From Candidatus Uhrbacteria bacterium RIFOXYC2_FULL_47_19 (GTDB lineage: Bacteria; Patescibacteriota; Patescibacteriia; SG8-24): a stretch of 64,000 nucleotides of DNA. This document shows, one piece after another, positions 18,401 to 27,675 of the stretch. Position 1 is the first letter of the stretch; every line of letters starts with the position of its first letter. The notes below the pieces were generated by a model. It ran no database searches. It worked only from the letters and a program-made list of their open reading frames with translations, and was not told where the DNA came from. The stretch covers positions 10,712 to 74,711 of the forward strand of contig MGFG01000020.1 in the NCBI GenBank assembly GCA_001791745.1, read 5' to 3'. Both the position numbers and the translations under genes were made by a program.

Positions 18401-21400
18401 TTCGTTCTCCTTCACTTTCTCGACTGGTACCACTTTCTCTGGAAGTTTCGGTGAGGGTGAGGTGTTTGGCTCTGGGGAGTTCATTCCGCCACATGTAATC
18501 GGTATGACTCCACCACCTGGTAGTCTTGATGTGCCAGTTGATCGAAGGGTTGTAGTTAGTTTCTCGGATGCCATGGCGGACGATACTATTGGAACCTATC
18601 TTCTTAAGAGTTACATCAAATTGTATTCAGTGTCTGGGGTGACTGAGACGGACGTTTCATCACTCATTAGTGCTACAACTCTCGACTCAGCCAAGAGGAA
18701 TGCAACTCTGACGTTAACCGGCAGTTTAGCTGCCTCGACCCGTTATCGACTCAAAGTGCTAGGTGGTGCTAAAGCAGCGACTGGACTGACAGTCGGACCA
18801 CCAGAGTCGAGTAGTGCAGTCATGTTCACTGGTGAGTTTAGAACTGGAACTGGCACCGATGTTGGTATACCGACAGTTAATGGGACTTTTCCAGACAATA
18901 CTGCGACCAATGTACCAGTTAATCTAAATGCGGTTAGTATCGGCTTTAGTCGAGATATGGACATGTCAACTATCTCGACAAGCACAGTTTATTTGTCGAT
19001 TGGTTCGACGGCAGTTAATGGTTCGGTTGAATATCGTGCCGCAGAGAGAACGGCCTATTTCGTACCACGTTCGGCACTTACTGCCAGTACTACCTACACA
19101 ATCAATGTGACGACCGGAGCTCAGGCTCTGAACGGAACAGCGATCGCTACAGCAGTAGCGCGCACCTTCACTACTGGTTCGGCCGACGTTTTGGCTCCGT
19201 CGATACAGTTCGGCAACGCTGATGATTTCTCGTTGGCAGTGACCTTCTCTGAGCCCATGAATGCCTCTCGGGCGACTGATACTATTAACTTCACAGCTAG
19301 TGTATTGAAGCCGGCTAATTACGTTCTCAAGTACGCCACCATGGGTGAGGATTCTTCTGCTGGTACGGTCCTGACTGTTCCGGCAGCAGCGACCTTTAGT
19401 TACGATCAGGTAACCAACACAGTCAAAATCGCCGGCTATCATGCCGACGCGATCGATCCGGCGACTCTGCGTGGGAAGGAACTTTATGTCGCAATCACTG
19501 GAGTTAAGGACCTGTCCGGAAATTCGATCACGACTGATGATGGCGCGAACACGGCTAGAATGATGATTTTGAATAGCGCCACTACTCAAGGGGCTCTCGG
19601 TCCGATGGGTATGACCGGCGACTCCTTCTCGGATCAAGGCGGGTTCACACCTGACAATTTTGATTCTGGCACTTTCGGTTTTGCACCACAGGCTGAGGTC
19701 CGTCCATTCAATACCATGCCCGGACAGCTCACGATCTATGGCATACGCTTGCCGATCTCCCGGCAGATTCCGGCTTCTGGGGCTGTTGTTGTGACCTTCC
19801 CTATTGGCTTCGACGTTTCGGCCGCCAGACAGGATGTCAACAGTCCGATGCGCCAGGACTTGAATGGTCCAGGAACGGGAAATGTGACCTTTAAGTGCGC
19901 CACAGCCGGTGCGCCGACCGGAGCATCTTGTTCCGGCACGGCCAACGCCGACGATGCTGGGGTGGCCCAGGGTGGACTAGCTGGCGATGGTGTGGTGGTC
20001 GACACGGCCTCACGCAGCGTCAAGATTTACCTTTCTGCAGCGACCAACGTCGAAGGACATGATTTCTTGACCATCGATATCGCCGGAATTAGGAATACGA
20101 CCGTACCCAAGGACATGAACACTTCGGGTTACACGGCTGATATTAAGACCAAGAACGGCACTACACTTCTAGAGACTGCCACTTCGATGCCATTTTTTAT
20201 TCAGTCTGGTGGTACGGGATCGTTCACTTTGGGCGGTACTATAACTGCGACCGGCAACGTCTCTAGTGGCACTATGCAGGTCTACCTAATGTCGCCGCTC
20301 ACCGGACCGCTCGAGACCACTTCGACTAACTTCTCTGGTGGTGAGACTGCAACTTACAGCTTTACCGGACTTCCAGCCGGTGAATTCATGATTTCGACCG
20401 ATCAGCTGGTGCTGATCGATGCGGCTGAATATGTCGGTAAGGCCAATCCGGAACGGATCGGACTCACAGCCAACAAAACTTACAATTTCACCATGGCCAG
20501 TGCTTCGTCCGGTGGGACTGTGGTTACGGTCAACTTGACCGGTCCAGCTAATGAACCGTTGGACGTGTTTGCTGGTTCGCCGACTGGATTTCGCGTCAAA
20601 CAGGTGACATTGAACGGTGGAGGAACTGGTAGTACTACACTCAATCTACCGAACGGCGAGTGGAACATTGGTGTCGGCCCGCAGACACCTAAGGGTTTCT
20701 CCGGTCCGCCGCCGGCACCGTCTTACCTACCGCCACGTAATAAACAGGCCACTATTGCCAATCCAGTCTGTACAGTTGACGGCACAGTGGGTTGTACCAT
20801 CGCTTTTGCCTTAACAACCTCGGATAAGACCATTCGCGGTTTGGTTAAGGATGGTTCCGGCAAGGTCATGGCCAACGCTGAGGTGTTCGCCTACTCGCCT
20901 AACGGTGGTTTCGGTACCAATGCTACAACCGCTACTAACGGTGCGTTTACACTGAACGTAGTCAGTGGCAGCTACGTTGTTGGCGCATTTATTCCGGGCA
21001 TGCCGACCTCTAAGGAAGTGCCAGTAGTGGTAACGGACCATGCTACGACCTATCTGTTAATAGATGGATCGTCGACAGCGATTACACCAGCCGCTGCGGC
21101 TACTTCCTTTATCCTTAAGGTTGCTAAGCCGGACTACACCATCTCCGGACGTGTGACCGACGGCACGAGTATTGTGCAGGGTGCTTCAGTCTACGCTTAT
21201 CGAACCAATGGTCCGGGTCATGCCGATGTGATGACCGATAGTTCCGGTAACTACACTTTGTACGTCGGCGCCGGAACCTGGAACGTTGGCGCGTTCCTAC
21301 CGCAGTACGGTCGACTATCTGAACAGTCGGTGACCGTCTCGACCGCCAATGTCACTAGCATCAACTTTTCTCCATCCCAAACCGGCACCGGAACTTTCTA

Positions 21401-23960
21401 CACTGTTTCCGGTACGGTGACCTCGGGTGGTACACCAGTATCTGGCGCCTTTGTCCGGCTCATGGGTAACAACACCAACAATGAGGTGATGACTGGTGTC
21501 GACGGCACTTACAGCATGAAGGCCCCGTCCTGCGCCACGGCAGGTTGTTACACACTTAAGGCCTTCGCACCGAGCATTGGCGAGTTCCCGCCGCTCGCAG
21601 CCTTCAGTGTGACTAGTGACACAGCTGGCAAGGACTTTACACTTGCCGCACCTCGAACCTTGACCATAACTTTTTCCGCATCGGTCGCTCGCGGTTTCGT
21701 CGATATGTTCGCCACGAATGGTTCAGGTGCGCGCATCGACGTCTCTAATTCGACGGTTGCCACGTTGACCCTACCGGATGGTAATTATCGGGTTCGTGTG
21801 GACGTACCTGGAACGGCGATCGGTCCGTCTAATATATCTGGCGACGGTTACAACAGTACCACTGGTGTGTTCACAGTTTCGGCGGCCAACACTGCTCTGA
21901 CAGTCACATTGCCGACTCGTCGGACCATCACTGGTAAAGTGACTGACAGCACGGACAACATTGCCAATGCTTGGGTCGAGATTGTCAATCCGACTACCGG
22001 TGTCCACTTTGGTACGCAGACCAATTCGACCGCCGGTCCGGATACTAACTTCAGTTTCAGCGTGGCTGATGGTACTTACTTCATCAATGCGATGAAGCCC
22101 GGGTACTTCCGACAGCCGACTACGATCATTGTCGGAGCTGACACCACGACCCAGACTCTGATTATGACTGCAGCCACAACTACCATTGCCGGACAGGTAC
22201 TGATCGGCGCAACTGGTGCACCCAACTCTTTCGTCCGTGGTGAAAAGATGGGTGGTGGCTTCTCCGGTACTCAAGCCGATGCTAACGGTAACTATGTACT
22301 ACCAGTCGATTCTGGAGAGTGGAAGATTTACGCTGTAGCTGAGGGTTATCAGGAGGCCGGTTACGCCAGCAATCCGATCGACGTTAGTAGTGGTTCGGTA
22401 ACGGGTAAAAATATTACCCTCACCACAGCCGTCAACATGGCCTCACCTAGGTCCAGACCGATCACACCATCCTCGGGTGGAACCATCGACGACCAAGACT
22501 CCGGTCTGAGACTCAATGTGCCGGCCAACGCCTTGGGCACATCTAACTCATCCGGAACCTTAACAGCTAGGGAAACCAACAACGTCCGCTCTACTGATAC
22601 TGCCTACCTGGTCATGGTCTACGACTCGCAGACCGAGACTTACGTTCCGGCAGCCAAGGAACTGTCGGCCACAGATAGCGATGGCAATCCGATTACCAAT
22701 CTTGAGGGTTCGGTCAGTTTGGAGATGGACTACACCATCGCTGAGCTGGCAGCCACTCGGTCAGCGCTCGACTCGTCGATTGATACTCGGACCGAGGCAG
22801 ATATGCTGACCATGGCTTACTGGGATGCGACCAATCAGAGCTGGACACCGCTCCCTAGCACGGTGACTTACCGTGATTCCGATGGGGACATTGTCAACGA
22901 GCCGGAGGAGGACCTATCGAATGTCTCGATCGTTACGGTGTCGGCGACCACAAACCACTTCTCGCTCTATGCCCCGATCGTTTCGACTGATCCGTCAGCA
23001 CCGAGCACTCCGTCTGGTTTGGCAGCGAGCGCAACCAGCACCTCTCAGATAAATCTGAGCTGGACACAGACTTCCGGTGCTACTGGTTACGACATTTATC
23101 GGAGCACCACCGTGGGTGGCACTTATTCTCGTCTGGGTAGCGAGCCGACCGTCAGTTCCGGTTCGACGGTCACCTACAGTGACACTGGTCTCTCGGCCTC
23201 GACGACCTACTATTATAAGATTTCGGCGATCAACGCGAACGGTGAGTCGGCGTCGACATCTGCAGTCAGTGCCACAACCAGTAGCGCAGGTGGAGGCGGC
23301 GCAGGTGGAGGTGGCGGTTCAAGCGGTTCGGTTATTCCGCCAACTACCACACCGGTCACGGATGCGTCCGACCCCGACAGTTTCGTTGATAACTCATCTT
23401 CATTCCCGACCGGAACACATGAGCGTGTTGCTTACAATGAGGCCGAAATGGCGGCTCCGTCTTCAGACACTACTGGAGTCGGTGTCTACAGCTCTGAAGT
23501 AGCAATCTTCAATACACCAACCATCGATGTCGATAAGGGTATTTTGCCTCCACCAGCCGACGTCTGGTTACCTTGTGTCGGCGGCGGTCTGATCAAGACC
23601 CAGGATGGTTCGGCTGTCTACTACTGTGGCAAGAATGGACGACGCTACGTCTTCCCTCATCAGAACATTTACTCGACCTGGTACGGCAATTTCGACAGTG
23701 TCGAGTCAGTTCTAAATGAAGACCTAGCTGCAGTGCCATTGGCTGGCACCGTCACCTATCGTCCGGGCGTCAAGATGGTTAAGATTCAGTCCGATCCCAA
23801 GGTTTACGCTGTGTCTAGAAACGGTCTACTTCGCTGGGTGACCAGTGAAGAGATCGCTACTGAGCTTTATGGTCAGAATTGGAATCGACAGATTGATGAT
23901 GTAAATCCGGCCTTCTTCTTCTCCTACACGATCGGTGATCCGATCGAGGCAGCGGAGTAA
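15420..23960 (+). CDS. Giant secreted/surface protein (2,846 aa) with Ig-like, carboxypeptidase-regulatory-like and FN3 domains
   Basis: The N-terminal signal peptide has a hydrophobic core followed by AMAAS. Multiple SbsA/Big-type Ig-like repeats are present, such as PxVxxxxPxxGSxDVPVDRRVVVSFSDAMADDTI. CarboxypepD_reg-like units are present, such as TISGRVTDGTSIVQGASVYAY...SGNYTL. An FN3 domain is visible at LSWTQTSGATGYDIYRS...YYYKISAINANGES, followed by a Gly-rich linker. The C-terminal repeat module is shared with the 4494..6182 gene product. Confidence 0.85.
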   Translation: MKLSPFLKRVSRRPAETLLTLVLVIASSGLGSLIAPLPAMAASTITVSTSGLINGGFPGAPIPASSPASAVLKLSVTASSALQTLNSVTVNFSGTGLVQADLADIATDDSSGVALYDDEGGTAGNFDGTDSVITLAASPDWTGETTNITLTPATPVPLISGTPVIFYVAIRTSALLVNDHRIVASVLANGVVTSDGSGPATTFNAFELRADTAPAQIVSVGGFVGSASVNVRFNKPVQRVGGGSLIAASFTYVDGGGAAQTISSVAHTPGQDFATLTMSAVLDAGDIDGTPATIAAASSAIADMGGNVIGTDAVEMASAIEISTSTIPTAIIGTTYTTISPLVAFSAIGGTSPYIFESAGEPDTEVLTNAGLSLVDDGGTYKITGTVLSVPGSYPLYIRATDSAGTPQEAVRRYNLNVGTSAGAVPGVTSVVPGGAPLGASSLAVAITGSNTHFSGSSTIQFISGGSADANVTATISSSTTTTLNLSVSVAGGATVGPHDVRVTTGAEIVEMPGGFGVFPAGDSGLNLQSPTDAATGISIPPTFNFSPSTNPSAATYRVTLKSTSNFSGAALWDYAFPKPADAENSNGSHCNLTGCNVNYGAGSFRIITQPTPLEPNTTYYWQVRTYSQAPSAVSDAVAPLEGTPVRGFTTISSVMDIMPPNIMHRPVFQTTASTDLTLLARVDDNFASPTSTPALTTTVNYCVGVDCDPGTGTQASGTSIGNGFFTFTIPGASVGIAGTIVRYYLGASDGTNTAIFRDMDETPFRVTSIAAGVGTITGSVVNDSDECPEGIQGATVFAEGTGFMTTTDGSCEYTLSGLPTGIYDIVALKTGYADRIINGIPAGSTSIVFSLPMGFGGGFGGDGTRPHVMFTGPGENSTGIPGGDSYFKVFVAFDKPMSQSSITDTGNLTINEINPATGELTNITSKGDWDYYASSAGVDRVPPASNMAVFSLSQVGCDGSPCTLGDGKTIAVIVTDSATDTAGNSVMGNQPDGSFSFTFSTGTTFSGSFGEGEVFGSGEFIPPHVIGMTPPPGSLDVPVDRRVVVSFSDAMADDTIGTYLLKSYIKLYSVSGVTETDVSSLISATTLDSAKRNATLTLTGSLAASTRYRLKVLGGAKAATGLTVGPPESSSAVMFTGEFRTGTGTDVGIPTVNGTFPDNTATNVPVNLNAVSIGFSRDMDMSTISTSTVYLSIGSTAVNGSVEYRAAERTAYFVPRSALTASTTYTINVTTGAQALNGTAIATAVARTFTTGSADVLAPSIQFGNADDFSLAVTFSEPMNASRATDTINFTASVLKPANYVLKYATMGEDSSAGTVLTVPAAATFSYDQVTNTVKIAGYHADAIDPATLRGKELYVAITGVKDLSGNSITTDDGANTARMMILNSATTQGALGPMGMTGDSFSDQGGFTPDNFDSGTFGFAPQAEVRPFNTMPGQLTIYGIRLPISRQIPASGAVVVTFPIGFDVSAARQDVNSPMRQDLNGPGTGNVTFKCATAGAPTGASCSGTANADDAGVAQGGLAGDGVVVDTASRSVKIYLSAATNVEGHDFLTIDIAGIRNTTVPKDMNTSGYTADIKTKNGTTLLETATSMPFFIQSGGTGSFTLGGTITATGNVSSGTMQVYLMSPLTGPLETTSTNFSGGETATYSFTGLPAGEFMISTDQLVLIDAAEYVGKANPERIGLTANKTYNFTMASASSGGTVVTVNLTGPANEPLDVFAGSPTGFRVKQVTLNGGGTGSTTLNLPNGEWNIGVGPQTPKGFSGPPPAPSYLPPRNKQATIANPVCTVDGTVGCTIAFALTTSDKTIRGLVKDGSGKVMANAEVFAYSPNGGFGTNATTATNGAFTLNVVSGSYVVGAFIPGMPTSKEVPVVVTDHATTYLLIDGSSTAITPAAAATSFILKVAKPDYTISGRVTDGTSIVQGASVYAYRTNGPGHADVMTDSSGNYTLYVGAGTWNVGAFLPQYGRLSEQSVTVSTANVTSINFSPSQTGTGTFYTVSGTVTSGGTPVSGAFVRLMGNNTNNEVMTGVDGTYSMKAPSCATAGCYTLKAFAPSIGEFPPLAAFSVTSDTAGKDFTLAAPRTLTITFSASVARGFVDMFATNGSGARIDVSNSTVATLTLPDGNYRVRVDVPGTAIGPSNISGDGYNSTTGVFTVSAANTALTVTLPTRRTITGKVTDSTDNIANAWVEIVNPTTGVHFGTQTNSTAGPDTNFSFSVADGTYFINAMKPGYFRQPTTIIVGADTTTQTLIMTAATTTIAGQVLIGATGAPNSFVRGEKMGGGFSGTQADANGNYVLPVDSGEWKIYAVAEGYQEAGYASNPIDVSSGSVTGKNITLTTAVNMASPRSRPITPSSGGTIDDQDSGLRLNVPANALGTSNSSGTLTARETNNVRSTDTAYLVMVYDSQTETYVPAAKELSATDSDGNPITNLEGSVSLEMDYTIAELAATRSALDSSIDTRTEADMLTMAYWDATNQSWTPLPSTVTYRDSDGDIVNEPEEDLSNVSIVTVSATTNHFSLYAPIVSTDPSAPSTPSGLAASATSTSQINLSWTQTSGATGYDIYRSTTVGGTYSRLGSEPTVSSGSTVTYSDTGLSASTTYYYKISAINANGESASTSAVSATTSSAGGGGAGGGGGSSGSVIPPTTTPVTDASDPDSFVDNSSSFPTGTHERVAYNEAEMAAPSSDTTGVGVYSSEVAIFNTPTIDVDKGILPPPADVWLPCVGGGLIKTQDGSAVYYCGKNGRRYVFPHQNIYSTWYGNFDSVESVLNEDLAAVPLAGTVTYRPGVKMVKIQSDPKVYAVSRNGLLRWVTSEEIATELYGQNWNRQIDDVNPAFFFSYTIGDPIEAAE

Positions 23961-24126
23961 GTTGGTGTGAATTAGATAGAACGGCCCCAGAGTATGGGGC
24001 CGTTCTTGTTAGATAAGACAATCTACTTCTTCTCGTTCCTACAACTAAATTTGGTTGTAGTTGCCAAACCTTTGTCGATTTAGGATCATGTCTAAGTGAC
24101 ATAGTTTAAACCTTTGCCCAATTAAT

Positions 24127-25260
24127 ATGGATTTTGGAACAGTTGTTATTTGGATCGTTGTTTTGGTCGTTGTAGTTGGTTTCGGTGGTCGTTATATTTG
24201 GCGCATGAAAGTGCGTCGTTTAGTCGGTTTTTCTCAAGAGGAGTTCGTCCGTGATTTGACCGAGGAGGCCAGGAATGGACATCTTGATCCGGTCATTGGG
24301 CGCAATGAAGAGGTGGAAAGAATTATTAATATTTCTGCTCGTCGCACTAAAAATAATCCATTGCTGATTGGTCCACCTGGCGTGGGTAAAACTGCGATCG
24401 TTGAGGGTTTAGCTAGGCGAATTATTGACGGTGACGTTCCGGCGCAGCTTTTAGGAAAGCGGGTAATGGCTCTCAATTTAGGTGAACTTATTTCTGGCAC
24501 TAGTTTACGCGGTGAGTTGGAGGGTAGATTTCAAAAATTTATCGCCGATTTAGAAAGTCGACCGAAGATGACTATTGTGTTTATTGATGAGATTCACATG
24601 ATTTCGCAGGCTCGTGGCACTGAAGGTGGTTTGGATTTAGCGGACATGATCAAACCTGCATTGGCTCGTGGAGATGTCTCGGTGATTGGAGCTACGACTT
24701 GGGATGAGTATCAGCGTACACTTAAATCTGATCCGGCCTTGGATCGAAGATTCCAGCCGGTTTTAATTAGTGAACCTTCAGTCGAAGAAACACTTAGTAT
24801 TCTGCGTGGAGTTAAGGGTGTTTATGAGGAACATCATGGTGTGTTGATTAGTGATGAGGCTCTACAGCGTGCCGTTGAAATGACAACCAAAATGGTTACC
24901 GATAGGTATTTACCAGACAAGGCTTTGGATGTTATTGATGAGGCTGCAGCCAAGGTTTCGATTGATACTTCACCCGGACAATTGGCCTCCCTTGGTGTGG
25001 TTGATGTAGCCGCGAAAAGAAAAGTAGTTGAGCGTATGAGTAAAGAGGCTAAGTTATTAGCGGTAGAGATAGAACATTTAGAAAAACTACGTGGGTCATT
25101 TCCTGATGATTCATCTATTCGACTGGCTAGAGAGGAGCTCGGCCGACATTTGAAACAGATTGAAAATGAACGCAAAACTGTTCGGTCCGATAGTGAACGG
25201 TCGACAGTTACAGCTGCTGATATCGACGCTACGATCGAGTCATGGGGAGTGCAAAGTTGA
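24127..25260 (+). CDS. Membrane-anchored AAA+ ATPase homologous to ClpB/ClpA nucleotide-binding domain 1 only
   Basis: An N-terminal TM helix (VVIWIVVLVVVVGFGG) is present. The sequence is then colinear with ClpB NBD1: GRNEEVERIINISARRTKNNPLLIGPPGVGKTAIVEGLA (Walker A), IVFIDEIH (Walker B) and ALDRRFQPV. The start of the M-domain coiled coil follows, but there is no NBD2. Confidence 0.8.
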   Translation: MDFGTVVIWIVVLVVVVGFGGRYIWRMKVRRLVGFSQEEFVRDLTEEARNGHLDPVIGRNEEVERIINISARRTKNNPLLIGPPGVGKTAIVEGLARRIIDGDVPAQLLGKRVMALNLGELISGTSLRGELEGRFQKFIADLESRPKMTIVFIDEIHMISQARGTEGGLDLADMIKPALARGDVSVIGATTWDEYQRTLKSDPALDRRFQPVLISEPSVEETLSILRGVKGVYEEHHGVLISDEALQRAVEMTTKMVTDRYLPDKALDVIDEAAAKVSIDTSPGQLASLGVVDVAAKRKVVERMSKEAKLLAVEIEHLEKLRGSFPDDSSIRLAREELGRHLKQIENERKTVRSDSERSTVTAADIDATIESWGVQS

Positions 25261-27329
25261 AGGAATTAAATAGGATATCAATTGGGACCGTGGGACTGAC
25301 GGTAGTTACTGCGGTCCTTCTTTTTGTTCCATTACCATTGTTTTGTCGAATAGTAGTTGTGGTGATGTTTTTAGGTTGGTTGGGTTTTCGTTTGGGTCGA
25401 TTTTTAGTGGGTAGTCGTGAGGGTGTTATAACTAGGCTTGTCTTTGGTTTAATGATTGTCTTGTCGTGGTTAGTGGTTAGTCAGTCAATAGTTTATTACC
25501 TCGATCGAATATCAAGATTCAGTCTATTAGTAGGTCTGTTACCCTTGGTCTTTTTTGCTATCCACCGTTTTAATCTCACTGAGACCACTAATCAGACTAT
25601 CATCAAGCCAAAATCATCGATTTGGAGTCGTTGGTTGTCTATAGGTATTCTGGTTGGCGATGTGGTTTTATTTTTTTCTTTCTTATCTGTACGTACCGAC
25701 GAAGCACTGCGAAGTCCATGGGAGGTAGTCTCTTGCTCAGCTTTATTAGCCTTTGTGTCTGTGACTTGGATGTTATTGTTGTTGTGTCGCGAGCCGGACG
25801 CCCCGTTTAAGCGTTCTTTGACTGCGTTACATTTGTTCGTTGCTTATTGTTTATCGGAGACAGTCATGTCACTTGGTTTCGGTTACGATCCCTTTATTCA
25901 TCGTACGGCCGAGGCACACATTGCAGAATTCGGAAATCTTTTACCGAAAAGTCCGTACTATATCGGGCATTACGTATTAATAGTTGCGCTACATTGGTTG
26001 TCCGGTCTTTCAGTAGATGTAATTGATCGATGGTTAGTGCCATTCCTGGCTCCACTAACTTTTCCTTGGGTAGCTAGTTTTGGTTTGAAAAAAGTTTGGG
26101 GCATGAAAGGAAGTGTCGAGCTTTGGATGCCTCTGATACTATTTTTGCCCATGCTGCCGCTGACCTTCACTGTGCCACATGCTCTGACGGTCGTGTTTCT
26201 GCTTTGGTTGGTCTTTTTAGCACCGACAGTCATAAGTTCTAGTCCACTACGTTCATTGGTTATCGGTCTATCTGTGTCGGCTATGATGATTCATCCGCTA
26301 TTGGGTGCAGTGGCAGTCGGATTAATAGCATCATTGTTTTTGTGTCATCGATTCCGGTTCGGTGGGTTGCTATCTGTGATTATCAATGCGATTTTGTTGC
26401 CAATCTTATTTTTCATTCATAACTGGTTAAAAGGCGACTTGCCATTTAATTTTGTCGGACTGTTATCGGATTGGGAACGTTTTATCGCTCTTTTTCGGAA
26501 TCCTTTTTTCTCTGACCTAGAGACGTCTTTTTCGCTTTTGGATTTACTGTATATGTACAGAATGATTATGCCAGCTATTTTTGTGGCTATAGTCGTGATT
26601 GGTGTTATTTTTTTGGTACATCGAAAGATGAAATCATCGGTGATTCAAGCCTATATTTTGACAGCCGTCGGTCTTCTGTTAGCCATCTTTGTTCTGAGTA
26701 CCAGTGTGACGCTATCTGGTATTGTGCCTGGAGAGCAATTGGAATTCTCTTTGAGATTGAAACATGCATTTGGGGTGCTGTTACTTCCATTGTTTTTCTT
26801 TGGTCTAAAATCTCTACTAGATCGTTATCTTAGAGATTCGTTAACTGCTACGGTAGCTGGTTTACTGTTGGTCGTAGCGATAGTAGCTTCGATCAGTTGG
26901 TATCTGACGTATCCACAAGCGAACCATATAGCCAACCGTTCTGGTTGGTGTCTGGGTCGCGCTGATGTCGAAACTATCGAGATAATTGCCAAAGAGGATA
27001 ACGGTCGTCCGTATTTGGTTCTATCCAATCAGATGCTGTCTGTGGCCGCCCTGCGAACCAATGGCTTTGATAATTTTTTCTATGCCTTACCGGTTACTGG
27101 TCGTACTTATGAGTATTACTTGGCTATTTCTCATTCACGACGCAATAGGGGAGTGTTCGAAGAAGCTTTCACTGAGTTTGGGGTAGCACGAGTCTTTTAT
27201 GTGGTGCATGACTATGAATCTGATTTTCATTCTATTGTGGACCAATTGGAGTCTATTTCTGATCAAAGTTGGGTTGTAGCCGATGGCCGAGCCTTTGTTT
27301 TTCTTTTTGAAGATATGGCTTATAATTAG
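25242..27329 (+). CDS. Large polytopic membrane protein (695 aa, at least 12 TM helices)
   Basis: The protein is hydrophobic for about 560 aa and has a soluble C-terminal domain of about 130 aa. It overlaps the upstream AAA+ gene by 19 nt. Confidence 0.65.
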   Translation: MGSAKLKELNRISIGTVGLTVVTAVLLFVPLPLFCRIVVVVMFLGWLGFRLGRFLVGSREGVITRLVFGLMIVLSWLVVSQSIVYYLDRISRFSLLVGLLPLVFFAIHRFNLTETTNQTIIKPKSSIWSRWLSIGILVGDVVLFFSFLSVRTDEALRSPWEVVSCSALLAFVSVTWMLLLLCREPDAPFKRSLTALHLFVAYCLSETVMSLGFGYDPFIHRTAEAHIAEFGNLLPKSPYYIGHYVLIVALHWLSGLSVDVIDRWLVPFLAPLTFPWVASFGLKKVWGMKGSVELWMPLILFLPMLPLTFTVPHALTVVFLLWLVFLAPTVISSSPLRSLVIGLSVSAMMIHPLLGAVAVGLIASLFLCHRFRFGGLLSVIINAILLPILFFIHNWLKGDLPFNFVGLLSDWERFIALFRNPFFSDLETSFSLLDLLYMYRMIMPAIFVAIVVIGVIFLVHRKMKSSVIQAYILTAVGLLLAIFVLSTSVTLSGIVPGEQLEFSLRLKHAFGVLLLPLFFFGLKSLLDRYLRDSLTATVAGLLLVVAIVASISWYLTYPQANHIANRSGWCLGRADVETIEIIAKEDNGRPYLVLSNQMLSVAALRTNGFDNFFYALPVTGRTYEYYLAISHSRRNRGVFEEAFTEFGVARVFYVVHDYESDFHSIVDQLESISDQSWVVADGRAFVFLFEDMAYN

Positions 27330-27367
27330 GCCTAGATTAATTATTTATATATTAAAGGGAATTCCTT

Positions 27368-27595
27368 ATGACAAGGACAACCACTAGCACTAAGACTAAG
27401 GTCGTGGTAGGTGTTGTAGCTGCGGGCTTACTAGCAGGTTTCGGCCTTTGGGGTATCTATAATTTCCAAATGAAGAGGAAACAGGTGGACCTTAAGCCTA
27501 AAGTCGTGGCTCCACCAGGATACGGGGCAGATGTAATTGATTCTGGTTACGGTACTCCGGGTTATACCCCTGGCTATACTCCAGGTTACAAATAG
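27368..27595 (+). CDS. Small single-TM protein with C-terminal GYGTPGYTPGYTPGYK repeats
   Basis: One TM helix (VVVGVVAAGLLAGFGLWGIY) is followed by a PGY(T) repeat tail. An RBS-like AAAGGGAA lies upstream and a terminator follows. Confidence 0.45.
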   Translation: MTRTTTSTKTKVVVGVVAAGLLAGFGLWGIYNFQMKRKQVDLKPKVVAPPGYGADVIDSGYGTPGYTPGYTPGYK

Positions 27596-27615
27596 ACCCT
27601 CTTGAGAAAGAGAAA

Positions 27616-27641
27616 GGTCGGATAGAGATCCGGCCTTTTTA
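27616..27641 (+). terminator. Rho-independent terminator
   Basis: The hairpin GGTCGGAT-agag-ATCCGGCC is followed by TTTTT. Confidence 0.6.
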
Positions 27642-27675
27642 GTTTCTCTTGATAAGGCTATTATGTTTCCGCAAT

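Noticed and set aside
15398-23960. About 25 short ORFs on both strands inside the giant gene (for example 18966..19637 and 21771..22274 on the minus strand)
   Set aside because: They lie entirely within and antisense or out-of-frame to an 8.5-kb ORF that has coherent domain structure.
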